Assembly (NCBI GenBank): GCA_031403995.1
Contig: JANNGS010000042.1
Span: forward strand, 4,173-68,172
Source of the DNA: Thermoanaerobaculia bacterium
GTDB taxonomy: Bacteria; Acidobacteriota; Thermoanaerobaculia; Multivoradales; JAGPDF01
Direction of reading: 5' to 3'
Length of the DNA stretch: 64,000 nt
Position numbers and translations under genes: made by a program. Of the stretch, positions 26,974 through 40,103 are shown piece by piece. Below the pieces are notes generated by a model. The model was given only the letters and a program-made list of their open reading frames with translations, was not told where the DNA came from and ran no database searches. Numbering within the stretch: the stretch's first letter is position 1; every line of letters starts with the position of its first letter.

Positions 26974-28732
26974 CTCCCGCCGCCGCCCTTGGCGCCGGGC
27001 CGGGCCGGTCCTCGGCCTGCTGCTGGCGCTTTCGGGCAGCCTCTCGCCGCTCCCCGGACAGGGCACGGGCGGGGCGACCGCCAGTTTCGAGTTGACCGGC
27101 GGCACGCAGCACTCCCTGCATCGGCTGCAGGAGTCCTGGCTGCAGTGGGTGAGCAGTTTCTACCAGGACAATCCCGCGAAGGCCGAAGAGGCCCTGCGCG
27201 CCCTCACCGGCAATGCCCGTCAGATCGGTCTGGTCAGGCTGATCGACTACTCCCTCGGGGCTGCGGCGCTCGGCCTGCAGTCCGCTCGCGAAGGCAAGTT
27301 CGAGCGCGCGAGGTGGGCGCTTGCCGCGGCAGAGACACTGGATCCGGAGCGGCCCGAGATCGCCTTCGCCCGCGCCGGCCTGGCGCAGGCACGGGGCGCA
27401 TATCTGGAGGCGATCTCGGCGACCGGATCGGGGTTGGTGCGACTCGTGAAGTCGACCGAGCGCACCGTCTTCCTCGCCAATCTCGTCTTCTGGATGCTCG
27501 CCGTCCTGCTGCTGGCGGCGGCGCTTTTCGTGCTCGTCGAGGTGGCGACGAAGGGCAGCGCGGTGATCTCCGATCTCAGGCAGGCGCTGGAGCGGAAGAT
27601 GCCCCCGGCGAGCGCGACCCTCTGCGTCGCGCTGGTCCTGCTCTGGCCGCTCGCGCTGCCTTCGGGCCCGGTTTGGATCCTGCTTTATTGGTCGGCGCTG
27701 CTCTGGGGCTACGAAAGCCGAAGCGAGCGCGTCGCGACCGTCGTCGTCTGGCTGCTCGCCGGTCTCGCGCCGTGGATCGCCGCCGTCGCGCAGCAGCGCG
27801 TCGCGATCGCGCTCTCGCCGCCGATGCGGGCTCTGGCGAATCTCTCCGAAGGCCGACTCCACGGCGGTCTGTTCGCCGATCTGCAGGTCCTCAAGGCGGC
27901 CATCGGGGGCGATTCTGCGGTCATGGAGCTGGTCGCGGATGTCCACCGTACGCTCGGACAGTGGGACGAGGCGCGGACGATCTACCGCACTGTCCTGGAT
28001 GCCGAGCCGCAGAACGTCTCGGTGTTGCTCAACCTCGGCGCCTATCACTTTCGCAAGGCCGACTTCGCGGTCGCCAACGAGTATTTCCTGCGCGCGGCAC
28101 GCGCAGTTCCTCCCCCTGCCGGGGCCTTCTACGATCTATCCCTGAGTTACTCTGAGACCTACCAGTTCGAAGAGTCGCGCAAGGCGCTCGCGCAGGCCAA
28201 GGAGATCGACGCCGAGCTCGTCGATCAGTGGGTTCGGACGCCGAATGTCGATCGTGTGCTGACCTTCAACGGCGGGCTGGGGCGCCGGGACGAGATTCGG
28301 CGCAGCCTCCTGCGCGCCTGGGCGGAGTCACCGTCCGCCGGTCTCCCGACCGAGCGCGCGGTCTCCGGGTGGGCCTCGCTCGCGGGCGCCGGCCTCGCCG
28401 CGCTGCTCGCCGTCGCGCTGTTCCTGCTGCGGCGCAAGAAGGGGTTCGGTCAGCCCAGTGTCTGGCTCGCTTGGCGATCGGATCCCTTCTCCCGCTGGTT
28501 GCGTGCTCTCTTTCCGGCGCTCTCGCAGGCGGAGCTGGGCGAAGGCGCCAAGGTTGGACTGAGCGTTCTGGCCTTCGCGCTGGTGGCCATGCTGCCGCTG
28601 ATCTTCTCGGTCGGCGTCGTACTGCCGTTGAGCGGTGGCCTCCCTTCGGCTGTGCCTTGGTTCCTTTTCGTCCTCGGTCTTCTGGTCTATGTCGGGCTCT
28701 GCGTTCGCAGCGAGCTCGGAGAGGGGGAATAG
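26954..28732 (+). CDS. TPR-repeat membrane protein
   Basis: Signal/TM N-terminus, central multi-TM block, TPR-like repeats (VLLNLGAYHFRKADFAVANEYFLRAARA..., AFYDLSLSYSETYQFEESRKALAQAKEID), C-terminal TM helices. Confidence 0.6.
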   Translation: MSRSAADSRRRPWRRAGPVLGLLLALSGSLSPLPGQGTGGATASFELTGGTQHSLHRLQESWLQWVSSFYQDNPAKAEEALRALTGNARQIGLVRLIDYSLGAAALGLQSAREGKFERARWALAAAETLDPERPEIAFARAGLAQARGAYLEAISATGSGLVRLVKSTERTVFLANLVFWMLAVLLLAAALFVLVEVATKGSAVISDLRQALERKMPPASATLCVALVLLWPLALPSGPVWILLYWSALLWGYESRSERVATVVVWLLAGLAPWIAAVAQQRVAIALSPPMRALANLSEGRLHGGLFADLQVLKAAIGGDSAVMELVADVHRTLGQWDEARTIYRTVLDAEPQNVSVLLNLGAYHFRKADFAVANEYFLRAARAVPPPAGAFYDLSLSYSETYQFEESRKALAQAKEIDAELVDQWVRTPNVDRVLTFNGGLGRRDEIRRSLLRAWAESPSAGLPTERAVSGWASLAGAGLAALLAVALFLLRRKKGFGQPSVWLAWRSDPFSRWLRALFPALSQAELGEGAKVGLSVLAFALVAMLPLIFSVGVVLPLSGGLPSAVPWFLFVLGLLVYVGLCVRSELGEGE

Positions 28733-28742
28733 GGGTCCAGCC

Positions 28743-30110
28743 GTGGCGCTCGAGGGCGACCTGCGCGTTTTTCGCTTGCCCGACATCCTGCAGATGATCG
28801 CGCAGCAGCAGAAGACCGGCATTCTGACGGTGCAAGGCGAACACGACATTCTCGCCGTGTCGTTTCTGCGCGGCGAGATCGTCGCCGCCGACGCGCTCAA
28901 CCAGAATTTCGAAGAGGGTCTGGGAGAGGTGCTGGCGAGCCAGGGGCTTGTCCGTCCCGAGGACTTCGCGCGGGTCGCTGAAGGGCACAAGAGCTCCGGC
29001 AAGCGACTTTCGGACTATCTCGTCGAGCGTGGCATTCTGTCGCGCCAGCAGCTGCTCGGTGCCTTGCGCCAACAGACCTACCGCCTGCTGCTGCAGGTGC
29101 TGCGCTGGACCGAAGGCGAATTCAAGTTCTACTCGGGCGAAGAGGTTTCGTTCGAGGATGGCGTGCAGCCGATCTCCGTCGAGGAAGTGCTCATGCGCTC
29201 GATCGGCGACCTCCTGGGGGAGGGCACGCTCTCCGGCACCTTGCCCCACGGCTTCGTCGCCTACGAGCGATTGCCTTCCGGCCCCGTCCTGCGCCTTCTC
29301 GGCCGCGACGGCGACCTGCCCGGAGACGACCCGGGCGAGGTCTGGATCAGCACCGACGAGGAGAAGGTGCTCGCCAGACTCGACGGTCGCGCCTCAGCGA
29401 CCGAGATCGCCGAGGAGAGCGGCCTCGGCGAGTACAAGACCCTCTACAGCCTCTTCCGCCTGTTGCAGGCCGGGCTCGTGCGTCCGCGCGCGACCGCGGA
29501 GCCGGCGAGCCTCCGGCAAGCGGAGGCGGAGGATGGCGGCGCATCCGCGCTGGCTCCAGGGGCTCCGCTGGCTCCGGGGGCTCCCGGGGCTGCGGCGCGG
29601 CGCGGCGCGGCGGCGGCGATCGAGCTGCCTGCGGAGCCGGCGAGCGCGTCGCGAGGCGCTCGGACGGCACGCTGGCTTGCGGGCGGATGCGTCGCCGTGC
29701 TGGCGGCGCTGGTCTTCGTCGCCGCGGGACACCCTTCGAAGCTGCTTTTCCCCTTCCCCTGGTTGCGCCACGAGCGCTCCACTTTCGAGCGCCAGGTACG
29801 GGTCGCTCAGGCGCTGCGAATCGATCGGGCGGCGCGGACCTACTTCCTTCTCGAGGGTGACTACCCGACACGGTTGGAGGAGCTCGTCCTTCGCCAACTG
29901 CTTCCCGCCGACGCGCTTCGCGACCCCTCCGGCGGAACCCTGGGCTACCGCACCGAAGCGCTCTCCTACACCCTCTTGACGCAAGGCCCGGGCTCCGCCG
30001 CGAGCACTCTGGGGGTGACCGAGACGGTCCTGGGCGACTTCACGGTCGACCCCGAGTTCTTCCGCGGCCTACGCCAGGAAGCCGGCATCCCACTCGTCCT
30101 GCTCGACTGA
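28743..30110 (+). CDS. DUF4388 domain protein with GspG-like (type II secretion pseudopilin-like) C-terminal segment
   Basis: GTG at 28743 gives VALEGDLRVFRLPDILQMIAQQQKTGILTV... (DUF4388). C-terminus ...ALRIDRAARTYFLLEGDYPTRLEELVLRQLLP resembles the GspG C-terminal motif. Internal 15-bp duplicated LAPGAP repeat. Confidence 0.55.
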   Translation: MALEGDLRVFRLPDILQMIAQQQKTGILTVQGEHDILAVSFLRGEIVAADALNQNFEEGLGEVLASQGLVRPEDFARVAEGHKSSGKRLSDYLVERGILSRQQLLGALRQQTYRLLLQVLRWTEGEFKFYSGEEVSFEDGVQPISVEEVLMRSIGDLLGEGTLSGTLPHGFVAYERLPSGPVLRLLGRDGDLPGDDPGEVWISTDEEKVLARLDGRASATEIAEESGLGEYKTLYSLFRLLQAGLVRPRATAEPASLRQAEAEDGGASALAPGAPLAPGAPGAAARRGAAAAIELPAEPASASRGARTARWLAGGCVAVLAALVFVAAGHPSKLLFPFPWLRHERSTFERQVRVAQALRIDRAARTYFLLEGDYPTRLEELVLRQLLPADALRDPSGGTLGYRTEALSYTLLTQGPGSAASTLGVTETVLGDFTVDPEFFRGLRQEAGIPLVLLD

Positions 30111-30139
30111 GCCAGCTTCCCTCCCCGGCCTCGGGAATA

Positions 30140-30209
30140 AATCTAAGCGCTAGATTGTCAACAATACTGGATGCAGGGTTGACTCCCTGCGACTTAGATT
30201 TAGAATCTA
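30140..30209. promoter_or_regulatory. dnaK promoter/operator: TTGACT(30179-84)-N16-TAGAAT(30201-06) with palindromes AATCTAAGCGCTAGATT (30140-56) and TAGATTTAGAATCTA (30195-209), the latter overlapping -10
   Basis: Read directly. AT-rich 120-bp gap in a 70% GC genome. GGAGG 6 nt before the dnaK ATG. Palindromes do not match CIRCE or HAIR consensus. Confidence 0.4.
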
Positions 30210-30240
30210 CCTGAGTCAGGGAGAGCCCTGGGAGGCCAAA

Positions 30241-32169
<1,929 letters not shown>

Positions 32170-32220
32170 ACCGGTAGCGGACCGGGGGGCTCGCCCCTCC
32201 CGGCCCGAGGAGTCCTCGCG

Positions 32221-32604
32221 ATGCCGCGCAAGAAGACGAACGGATCGCCGCGTTACGTCATGATCTCGGTGGTCGCCGAGCAGTACGGCATCCATCCGCA
32301 GACCTTGCGCCTCTACGAGCGTGAGGGGCTCATCGAGCCGGCGAGAAGCGCCGGGAACACGCGCCTCTACGATCAGCGGGCGATCGAGCGCCTGGAGGCG
32401 ATCCTGACTCTCACCCGCGACCTCGGGGTGAACCTGGCGGGGGTCGAGGTCATTCTCAGTCTTCGCGACCAGCTGGCGAGCCTCGAGGCCGAGACGGTTC
32501 GTCTCGCGGCCGAGATCCGCCGCCAGGCCCGGTCGCGGCCGCCCGACATCGATCGCGCCCGCGCTCTCGTCCCTGCCGCCCCCCGCGCCCTGGTGCGGCG
32601 GTAG
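32221..32604 (+). CDS. hspR: MerR-family heat-shock repressor HspR
   Basis: 127 aa immediately downstream of dnaK. MerR HTH ([47 protein letters not shown]). Confidence 0.75.
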   Translation: MPRKKTNGSPRYVMISVVAEQYGIHPQTLRLYEREGLIEPARSAGNTRLYDQRAIERLEAILTLTRDLGVNLAGVEVILSLRDQLASLEAETVRLAAEIRRQARSRPPDIDRARALVPAAPRALVRR

Positions 32605-32802
32605 CCCGGACTTCTCACCAGCCTTCTGCTGCAGCCCCGCATCTGCCGGCGTCTGCTGCGTTGCGCTCACGACCCGTCCACAGGACGGGTGCCCCGCGTG
32701 CTCGACGGGCCGTAGGGCCTGCCTCCGCTCGCCTCGGTCGCGACGCCTTGCAGCCACCGGCATCTGCGACGCTTCGCGACGAAAGCTGGTGAGAAGTCCG
32801 GG
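32605..32802. repeat. structured intergenic element: perfect 18-bp inverted repeat CCCGGACTTCTCACCAGC (32605-22 / 32785-802) flanking about 160 bp that contains a tight GC hairpin (32672-32690)
   Basis: Read directly from the sequence. Begins 1 nt after the hspR stop. Confidence 0.4.
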
Positions 32803-32870
32803 CTGGCGCCGGCCATCGCCGCGCAGCCGGCCGGGAGCAGGAGTGCCGGCACGCTGCTACGATCTGCAAC

Positions 32871-33659
32871 GTGACGGACGCGATCGCGAAACCCGACTGT
32901 CCGCAGTGTGAAGGACGGGGATGGCTCGTCGCCCCCGACGGCGGCGCCGGCACCGCCCGTCCTTGCCCCTGCCGCAAGGAGATGCTCGTTCCGAGGCTCC
33001 TCGAGAGTTCCGGCATTCCACCGCGCTACAAGGACTGCACCCTCGGGAGCTTCAACCTGGCGGGCCATTCTGCGGCCAAGGTCGTCCCGCTCCAGGAGGC
33101 GAAGGAGCGCTGCACGAGGTATGTCCACGAATTCCTGACTCCGGAGGGCACCTTCAAGCAGACGGGATTGCTGCTGGTCGGTCCGCCGGGCTCCGGGAAG
33201 ACGCATCTGGCGGCCGCGGTCCTGGGAGCTCTGATCCGGCGCTACAGCCTGCGGGGGCGGTTCGTCGACTTCTCCTCTCTCATCAACCAGATTCAATCGA
33301 CATTCGACCCTTCGTCGCCGGAGTCCAAGCACGACATCCTCGATCCCGTGATGGATGCGGAGTTGCTGGTCATCGACGAGTTGGGAGCGCAGAACCCGAC
33401 CCCCTTCGTCAAGGACACGCTGTATCTGGTCCTCAACCATCGCTACACCCATCGCCTCCCTACCCTCTTCACCAGCAATTTTCGTCTGGAGCTCGCCCCG
33501 AACTCGAACCTGGCCCACACGGATCTGCTCGAGAAGAGGCTGACTGCCGCCCTCGTCTCGCGCCTCTTCGAGATGGCGGAGGTGATCTCGCTCGACGTGG
33601 ACGATTTCCGCAGAGCACGCGGTATCCGCCAGCCCAGAGCCGAAGGCCTCCGGCCGTGA
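32871..33659 (+). CDS. DnaC/DnaI-like AAA+ ATPase with N-terminal zinc ribbon
   Basis: CPQCEGRGW...CPCRK zinc ribbon. Walker A GPPGSGKTHLA, Walker B LLVIDELG, sensor TSNF. Confidence 0.7.
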   Translation: MTDAIAKPDCPQCEGRGWLVAPDGGAGTARPCPCRKEMLVPRLLESSGIPPRYKDCTLGSFNLAGHSAAKVVPLQEAKERCTRYVHEFLTPEGTFKQTGLLLVGPPGSGKTHLAAAVLGALIRRYSLRGRFVDFSSLINQIQSTFDPSSPESKHDILDPVMDAELLVIDELGAQNPTPFVKDTLYLVLNHRYTHRLPTLFTSNFRLELAPNSNLAHTDLLEKRLTAALVSRLFEMAEVISLDVDDFRRARGIRQPRAEGLRP

Positions 33660-34624
33660 CGCCGGTGCGCCTTTCGGCGTTGGACGCGCTCGGCCGCGGC
33701 TTTCTGAACGTGCGCGCCAACCGCGAGCTCATCGGAATCCAGGTCGCGGCCGGTCTCCTCCTCGCAGCCTCGATCGTCGTGCCACTTGCGCTCTTCGTCG
33801 TCCGCCTCGGCATCCCGCTCTCGGTCTTCACCGCGAGCGACCCGCAAGCCCTGGTCCGGGCCCTCGAAAAGGTGCAGCTCGACCTCGGCCAACTCGCGCC
33901 GATGCTCGGACTCGGCCTTCTGCTCCTGCTGGTCGTCGGTACTCTGGTCTTCATTCTCTATTGCTGGTTCCAGGCGGGGACCCTCGCGGTGCTGCTGGCG
34001 GGCGAGGCGCAGGCGCCGGCGAGCCGGCAGGTGCCGGCGGCGGTCTTCCGGACATTCTCCTGGTCGGGTTTCGTCGGCTGGGCGAGCCGCTACGGCCTGC
34101 GGATCTTCTGGGTCAACAATCTCTTCCTGCTCTTTCTGACTCTCCTGCTCTTGGCGCTCAGCCTGCCTTTCCTGCTGATGGCGGCGCTCTCCAAGGACCG
34201 GATTTCGGCGGCGGCCTGCGCGATGGGCTGCGGTCTGGCGCTGCCGATCGGATTCGCCGCGCTGGTGCTCGCGCTCGCCATGATTGTCGCCCAGATCTGC
34301 GCGGTCGAAGAGGGTGCCACGGTCCTCGGTGCCACCCGGCGGGCCTTTTCGATCACCGGCGGGCGCCTCGGCGGGCTTCTGCTCCTCTATCTCTTCCTCG
34401 TGGTGGGGTCGATCGCCGTGGCGACCTTCTTTGGCGGCCTGGGACTCATCGTCACGTTGGCGCTCGCGCGGGCGGCGATGCTGCAGTCCGTGCTTTCCAT
34501 CGTCCTCGGAGCCGTCGAGTTCATCGTCAGCGCCGGTCTGACGCTCGCGATGACCGCGGCGATCGTCGCGCTCGTGCGCGCCGAGCTGCGGCTGCGATCC
34601 GCTGCACCGCGACTCGACGCGTGA
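33656..34624 (+). CDS. hypothetical polytopic membrane protein
   Basis: GTG overlapping the upstream stop. About 8 hydrophobic helices. No recognisable domain. Confidence 0.4.
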   Translation: MTPVRLSALDALGRGFLNVRANRELIGIQVAAGLLLAASIVVPLALFVVRLGIPLSVFTASDPQALVRALEKVQLDLGQLAPMLGLGLLLLLVVGTLVFILYCWFQAGTLAVLLAGEAQAPASRQVPAAVFRTFSWSGFVGWASRYGLRIFWVNNLFLLFLTLLLLALSLPFLLMAALSKDRISAAACAMGCGLALPIGFAALVLALAMIVAQICAVEEGATVLGATRRAFSITGGRLGGLLLLYLFLVVGSIAVATFFGGLGLIVTLALARAAMLQSVLSIVLGAVEFIVSAGLTLAMTAAIVALVRAELRLRSAAPRLDA

Positions 34625-37050
34625 GGCGGCTCGCGCGATCCGGTGCCGTCAGGATCGCCCTGATGGTGGTGCTCGTCGTCGGTGGCATGGGTGGCTCGTG
34701 CGCGCGGGCGGGCAGGAAGGCGAGCCTGCCGCCGCTGCCACCAGAGAAGGGCGCGGCGCAGCCGTTTCCGGCCCCTTCGCAGCCGCAGCCGCCGCTGCCC
34801 GAGACCCCCGTTCCGCCGGCGCCGCCGATGCCGCAGACACCGCAGGTTGCCGCTCCGGTTCCCGACCGCGCTTCTGCGAGGCCGCCGGCGCCTCTGCCCG
34901 GGGCGTTCCCGGGGCTGGTGCGAATCGGTCTCGCGAGCGATCTCGACAGTGTGACCCTGCCTTGCTGCGAAGGCGAGCTGTCGGTCGACGTCGGCGGCAC
35001 GCGGCTCGATGTGGCCTCGCCGCTGCGGATTCGTCCGGCGACGACGAGCACCGGCGGCGCCTTCTTCCGGGTGCAGATCGCGGCGCTCAAGGACGAGGAG
35101 CAGGCGAAGGAGCTCGCTCGGCGTCTCGGGAAGCTCTCCGGCGAGCCGGCCGACGCCCGCTTCGATGCGCAGGCTGGAATCTATCGTGTGCGCCTGGGAA
35201 GATATGCGGAGCGGGTGGCGGCGGAGGAAGCGGGCCGCAGGCTGGCGCGTTTCGGAGTCGACAACTCGTGGATCGTCTCCGAGGGCGGAGCCCTCGTGGA
35301 TGCGGCGCTCGAGCTTTCGCACCGCGGCAGAAGTTACCGCGTCGCCGGCCGGAGCTTCGTGCTCGAAGCCTCCGCGGACTCCGGCGTGCGTTGGGAGGGG
35401 CGGCGCTATCGCGGCCGCCTGGTGGTCTACCTGAACGACCGCGGCCGGCTGAATCTGGTGAACGAGCTGCCGATCGAGCAGTACCTGCGCGGCGTCGTGC
35501 CGCGCGAGCTCGGTCCGGGCGCCTACCCGGAGCTCGAGGCGCTCAAGGCGCAGGCGATCGCCGCCCGCAGCTACACCTTGCGCAACCTCGGTGAGTTCGC
35601 CGACGAGGGGTACGATCTCTGCGGCACGCCGCGCTGCCAGGTCTACGGCGGCATGGACGACGAGCATCCGCTGTCCGATCGCGCTGTCGCTCTCACCGCG
35701 GGCGAGATCCTGCTCTACGACGGACAGCCGATCGACGCTCTCTACAGCGCGACCTGCGGTGGACATACCGAAAACGTCGAGGTGATCTTTCCGCTCAAGC
35801 GGGCCGCCTATCTGCGCGGGGTGCCGTGCATCGAAGCGGGCGCGGTGACGCTTCGCGCGGCGTTGCGTGGACAAGTTCGAATGTCGCGGGTGCTCCTCGA
35901 GCGCGCGCTGCGGGGACCCGCTGGCGAGCTCGACAGCGCGCCAGGGCTGGAGCGCACGCTGGTCAGGCTGGCTGACGCCGCGGGCCTCGCGACGCCCGAA
36001 GATCACCTGGCGTCGCTCGAGCGCCGCGAAGTGCAGCGGTTTCTCGGCTCGCTGTTCGACCTCGCCGCTGACGCGCGGCTGTTCGTGCACCCCGAGGAGC
36101 TCCCCTATCTGGTGGCGAATCCGCCGCCAGACTGGAACCTGGAGGACCGCCGGCTGGCCGCTTTTCTGGTCCAGAGCGCCATGCTCGCGCCGCCGGCAGC
36201 GAACGCGGCGGCATCGCCCGGCGGCGCTCCGGCGCGGGTGACGGCGCGCGAGGTGGAGGACCTGGTGGTACAACTGGCGCTCTTCCTGCGCTTGCTCGAG
36301 CAGCGCGAAGCGGGCTTTTCGAGGATCGCCGAAGTCGCCGGCGTTGCCGGTGTCGCCAGCCGGGAGTTGGTGGCGCGCGATAACGGTGCCGAGCTCCATC
36401 TCGCAGTGCCGGGCGACCTCGCCACTTTCCGTATCGAGGCGGGAGAAACGCGCGCCGGAGATCTCCTGCTCGAAGCCGGCGATGGGATCCACCTCTACCT
36501 CGTCGAGGGAGGGCTCGTCGCCGTGGCGCAGGAGGTCGATCCGCGCGGCACGAGCTTCGATCGCACGCACAACCTGTCGCGCTGGACGCGCTTTCGCAGC
36601 GACGGGGAACTGCGCGCATCCGTGGCGGGACGTCTGCCGGGCTTCGACTTCCGCGGTTTCGAAGTCCTCATGCGCGGTGTCTCCGGACGGGTCGGGAAGA
36701 TCCGTCTCCTCGGCGGCGGATCGGAGACGATCGACGTCGAAGGACTCGCGGTGCGCTGGACCCTCGACGTGCCCGACACCTTGTTCACCGCGCGGCGGCT
36801 CGCGCCGGCAAACGGCGAAGCGGGCTGGCAGTTCTCCGGCCGCGGCTGGGGGCACGGCGTCGGCATGTGCCAGGTCGGCGCCTACGGCATGGCGCGCCGC
36901 GGCCACGATTCCCGCGCCATCCTCGCGCACTACTACGGTGGCGCGACGCTGCACCAGGCTGTCTATTCTGCCGCTGCGCCCGTTCCGGTTCCCAGGAGTC
37001 TGCCGAGCCCGCCGACCTCGCCGATTGCCGCTCCAGGGGCGCCGCGGTAG
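34621..37050 (+). CDS. SpoIID/LytB-domain protein with SPOR domain
   Basis: SPOR-like (FRVQIAALKDEEQAKELARRL...YRVRLGRYAERVAAEEAGRRL), then SpoIID/LytB block (EQYLRGVVPRELGPGAYPELEALKAQAIAARSYTL...LCGTPRCQVYGG...YSATCGGHTEN). Start GTG 34621 or ATG 34663. Confidence 0.7.
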   Translation: MRRLARSGAVRIALMVVLVVGGMGGSCARAGRKASLPPLPPEKGAAQPFPAPSQPQPPLPETPVPPAPPMPQTPQVAAPVPDRASARPPAPLPGAFPGLVRIGLASDLDSVTLPCCEGELSVDVGGTRLDVASPLRIRPATTSTGGAFFRVQIAALKDEEQAKELARRLGKLSGEPADARFDAQAGIYRVRLGRYAERVAAEEAGRRLARFGVDNSWIVSEGGALVDAALELSHRGRSYRVAGRSFVLEASADSGVRWEGRRYRGRLVVYLNDRGRLNLVNELPIEQYLRGVVPRELGPGAYPELEALKAQAIAARSYTLRNLGEFADEGYDLCGTPRCQVYGGMDDEHPLSDRAVALTAGEILLYDGQPIDALYSATCGGHTENVEVIFPLKRAAYLRGVPCIEAGAVTLRAALRGQVRMSRVLLERALRGPAGELDSAPGLERTLVRLADAAGLATPEDHLASLERREVQRFLGSLFDLAADARLFVHPEELPYLVANPPPDWNLEDRRLAAFLVQSAMLAPPAANAAASPGGAPARVTAREVEDLVVQLALFLRLLEQREAGFSRIAEVAGVAGVASRELVARDNGAELHLAVPGDLATFRIEAGETRAGDLLLEAGDGIHLYLVEGGLVAVAQEVDPRGTSFDRTHNLSRWTRFRSDGELRASVAGRLPGFDFRGFEVLMRGVSGRVGKIRLLGGGSETIDVEGLAVRWTLDVPDTLFTARRLAPANGEAGWQFSGRGWGHGVGMCQVGAYGMARRGHDSRAILAHYYGGATLHQAVYSAAAPVPVPRSLPSPPTSPIAAPGAPR

Positions 37051-37076
37051 CATCGTCGAGCTGCACAGGAGCCTAA

Positions 37077-38218
<1,142 letters not shown>

Positions 38219-38222
<4 letters not shown>

Positions 38223-39334
38223 GCCGACAGCAGTCCCGGGACCTTACGGCCGAAGAGCTCGAGGATCTCCTCTCGCAACTGCGCCGACGGGAAACACGCG
38301 CCGTCGCCCGGGCGATCTCGATCGTCGAGCGCGGCGGCAGGGAACAGGCCGAGCTGCTGCGGCAGATTTATCCGTCGACCGGAAGAGCGCGGGTCATCGG
38401 AATCACCGGCCCGCCGGGCGCCGGCAAGAGCACGCTCGTCGACCGCTTGGCGCAGGAATGCCGCCGGCGCGGCGAGACCATCGGGATTCTCTGCGTCGAT
38501 CCGACCTCGCCGTTCACCGGCGGCGCTCTGCTCGGTGATCGCATCCGTATGCAGGGCCTGGCGACCGACCCGCAAGTCTTCATCCGCTCGATGGCGACGC
38601 GCGGCGCGATGGGGGGTCTGGCGCGCGCGACGCGCGATGCGGCCGACGTGCTCGACGCCGCCGGCTTCGACTGGGTCATGGTCGAGACGGTGGGCGTCGG
38701 CCAGGACGAGGTCGACGTGGTGTCGAGCGTCGACACGGTGCTGGTCGTCGCCGTGCCCGGCCTGGGCGACGACATCCAGGCGATCAAGGCCGGGATTCTC
38801 GAGATCGCCGATGTCTTCGTGGTCAACAAGGCCGACCGCGAAGGCGCTGATCGCGTCGCGCACGATCTCGCGATGATGCTCTCCCTCGGTCATCACGGGC
38901 ATCCGCCGGCGGCCCGCCACCAGGGATTCCATGGTGCCGACTCCGACGACCCGTCCGGGCACCACGGGCCGCAGGCGGACGATTCGAGCGCCGAGCAGCA
39001 GGCACCGTCGAGCTACTGGATGCCGCCGATCGTGCGCACCGTGGCGAGCCGGGGAGAGGGAATCGCCGAGCTGCTGGCCGCCGTCGAGAAGCATCGCGCC
39101 CATCTCGAAGCCTCAGGGGAGCTTGCGACGCGCCGGCGCGCCCAGTTGAAGCTCCGGGTCGCGACAATACTCAAAGAGCGCGTGCTCGCTGCCGCCCACC
39201 AGCACGCCGGTTTCGAGCACGCGATCGCGCGCGGGCACGCCGAACGCATCGATCCCTACGCCCTGTCGGCGGAGCTCTACTCAGGGGTCCTCAAAGCCGA
39301 GGCCGAACGTTCCGGAAAGCGGGAGGTCGAATGA
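38219..39334 (+). CDS. meaB: methylmalonyl-CoA mutase-associated GTPase MeaB/ArgK with His-rich insertion
   Basis: G3E GTPase: Walker [25 protein letters not shown]. Insertion [41 protein letters not shown] between conserved blocks. Confidence 0.85.
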
Positions 39335-39735
39335 TCCAGCGCATCGATCACATCGGCATCGCGGTAGTCTCGATCGCCGCAGCGCGCGCGTTCTACGAGG
39401 CGATGGGTCTCATCGTGGAGGCGATCGAAGAGGTGCCGCAGGAGGGCGTGCGCGTCGCCATGATCACCTGCGGCGAATCAAAGATCGAGCTCCTCGAAGC
39501 CACCTCGCCCGACTCGCCGATCGCCCGATTCCTCGACAAGCGCGGACCCGGGATCCACCACCTCTGCTTCGCTTCGGACGACCTGCATCACGACGACCTG
39601 ATGCTGCGCGACGCGGGGGTCGAGCTCCTCCGCCCGGAGCCGACTCCCGGAGCAGGCGGGTGCTGGGTGCAGTTCGTCCATCCGAAGAGCGCCGGCGGCG
39701 TCCTCGTCGAGCTCTCGCAGGGGGCGCACACGTGA
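39331..39735 (+). CDS. methylmalonyl-CoA epimerase (glyoxalase/VOC family)
   Basis: 134 aa. IDHIGIAV...GPGIHHLCF... VOC fold. Translationally coupled to meaB (ATGA). Confidence 0.75.
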   Translation: MIQRIDHIGIAVVSIAAARAFYEAMGLIVEAIEEVPQEGVRVAMITCGESKIELLEATSPDSPIARFLDKRGPGIHHLCFASDDLHHDDLMLRDAGVELLRPEPTPGAGGCWVQFVHPKSAGGVLVELSQGAHT

Positions 39736-40097
39736 CCATCCGGCGCGGGGCGCTGGTGCTCGTTCACCTGGTGAATCCGAGCGAGAAGTTCTGGGGGACG
39801 CTCGATCGTCTGGAGACCGTCGGCGTGACCTTCCGCGGCATCAGCCTCGACAGCTTCGAAGTCTGGGTGACCGGGCTCGCCCGCCGGGAGTCTTCCGGGC
39901 TGGGTCTGGCGACGATGTTCGTGCCGCTCTTCCGGGTCGAACGGATCTTCCTCGACGAGGAGGTCGGCGAGGTCGAGAGCTACCGGCGGCGCTTCGAGCG
40001 CCGGGTCGGCGCCAGCGTCCTGAGCTTCGTCATCCCGGCGCCCGAACCGGAAGAGGCGGACGCTCCCGAACCGACCGACAGCGGGAGCGTCTTCTAG
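39732..40097 (+). CDS. hypothetical protein
   Basis: GTG start overlapping the epimerase stop (GTGA). 121 aa. No recognised domain. Confidence 0.4.
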   Translation: MTIRRGALVLVHLVNPSEKFWGTLDRLETVGVTFRGISLDSFEVWVTGLARRESSGLGLATMFVPLFRVERIFLDEEVGEVESYRRRFERRVGASVLSFVIPAPEPEEADAPEPTDSGSVF

Positions 40098-40103
40098 GGG
40101 GGT

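Noticed and set aside
30111-30240. CIRCE or HAIR elements upstream of dnaK
   Set aside because: Neither TTAGCACTC-N9-GAGTGCTAA nor CTTGAGT-N7-ACTCAAG is present. Different palindromes were found instead.
34387-37053. 888-aa minus-strand ORF
   Set aside because: Antisense to the SpoIID/SPOR gene. No domain signal.
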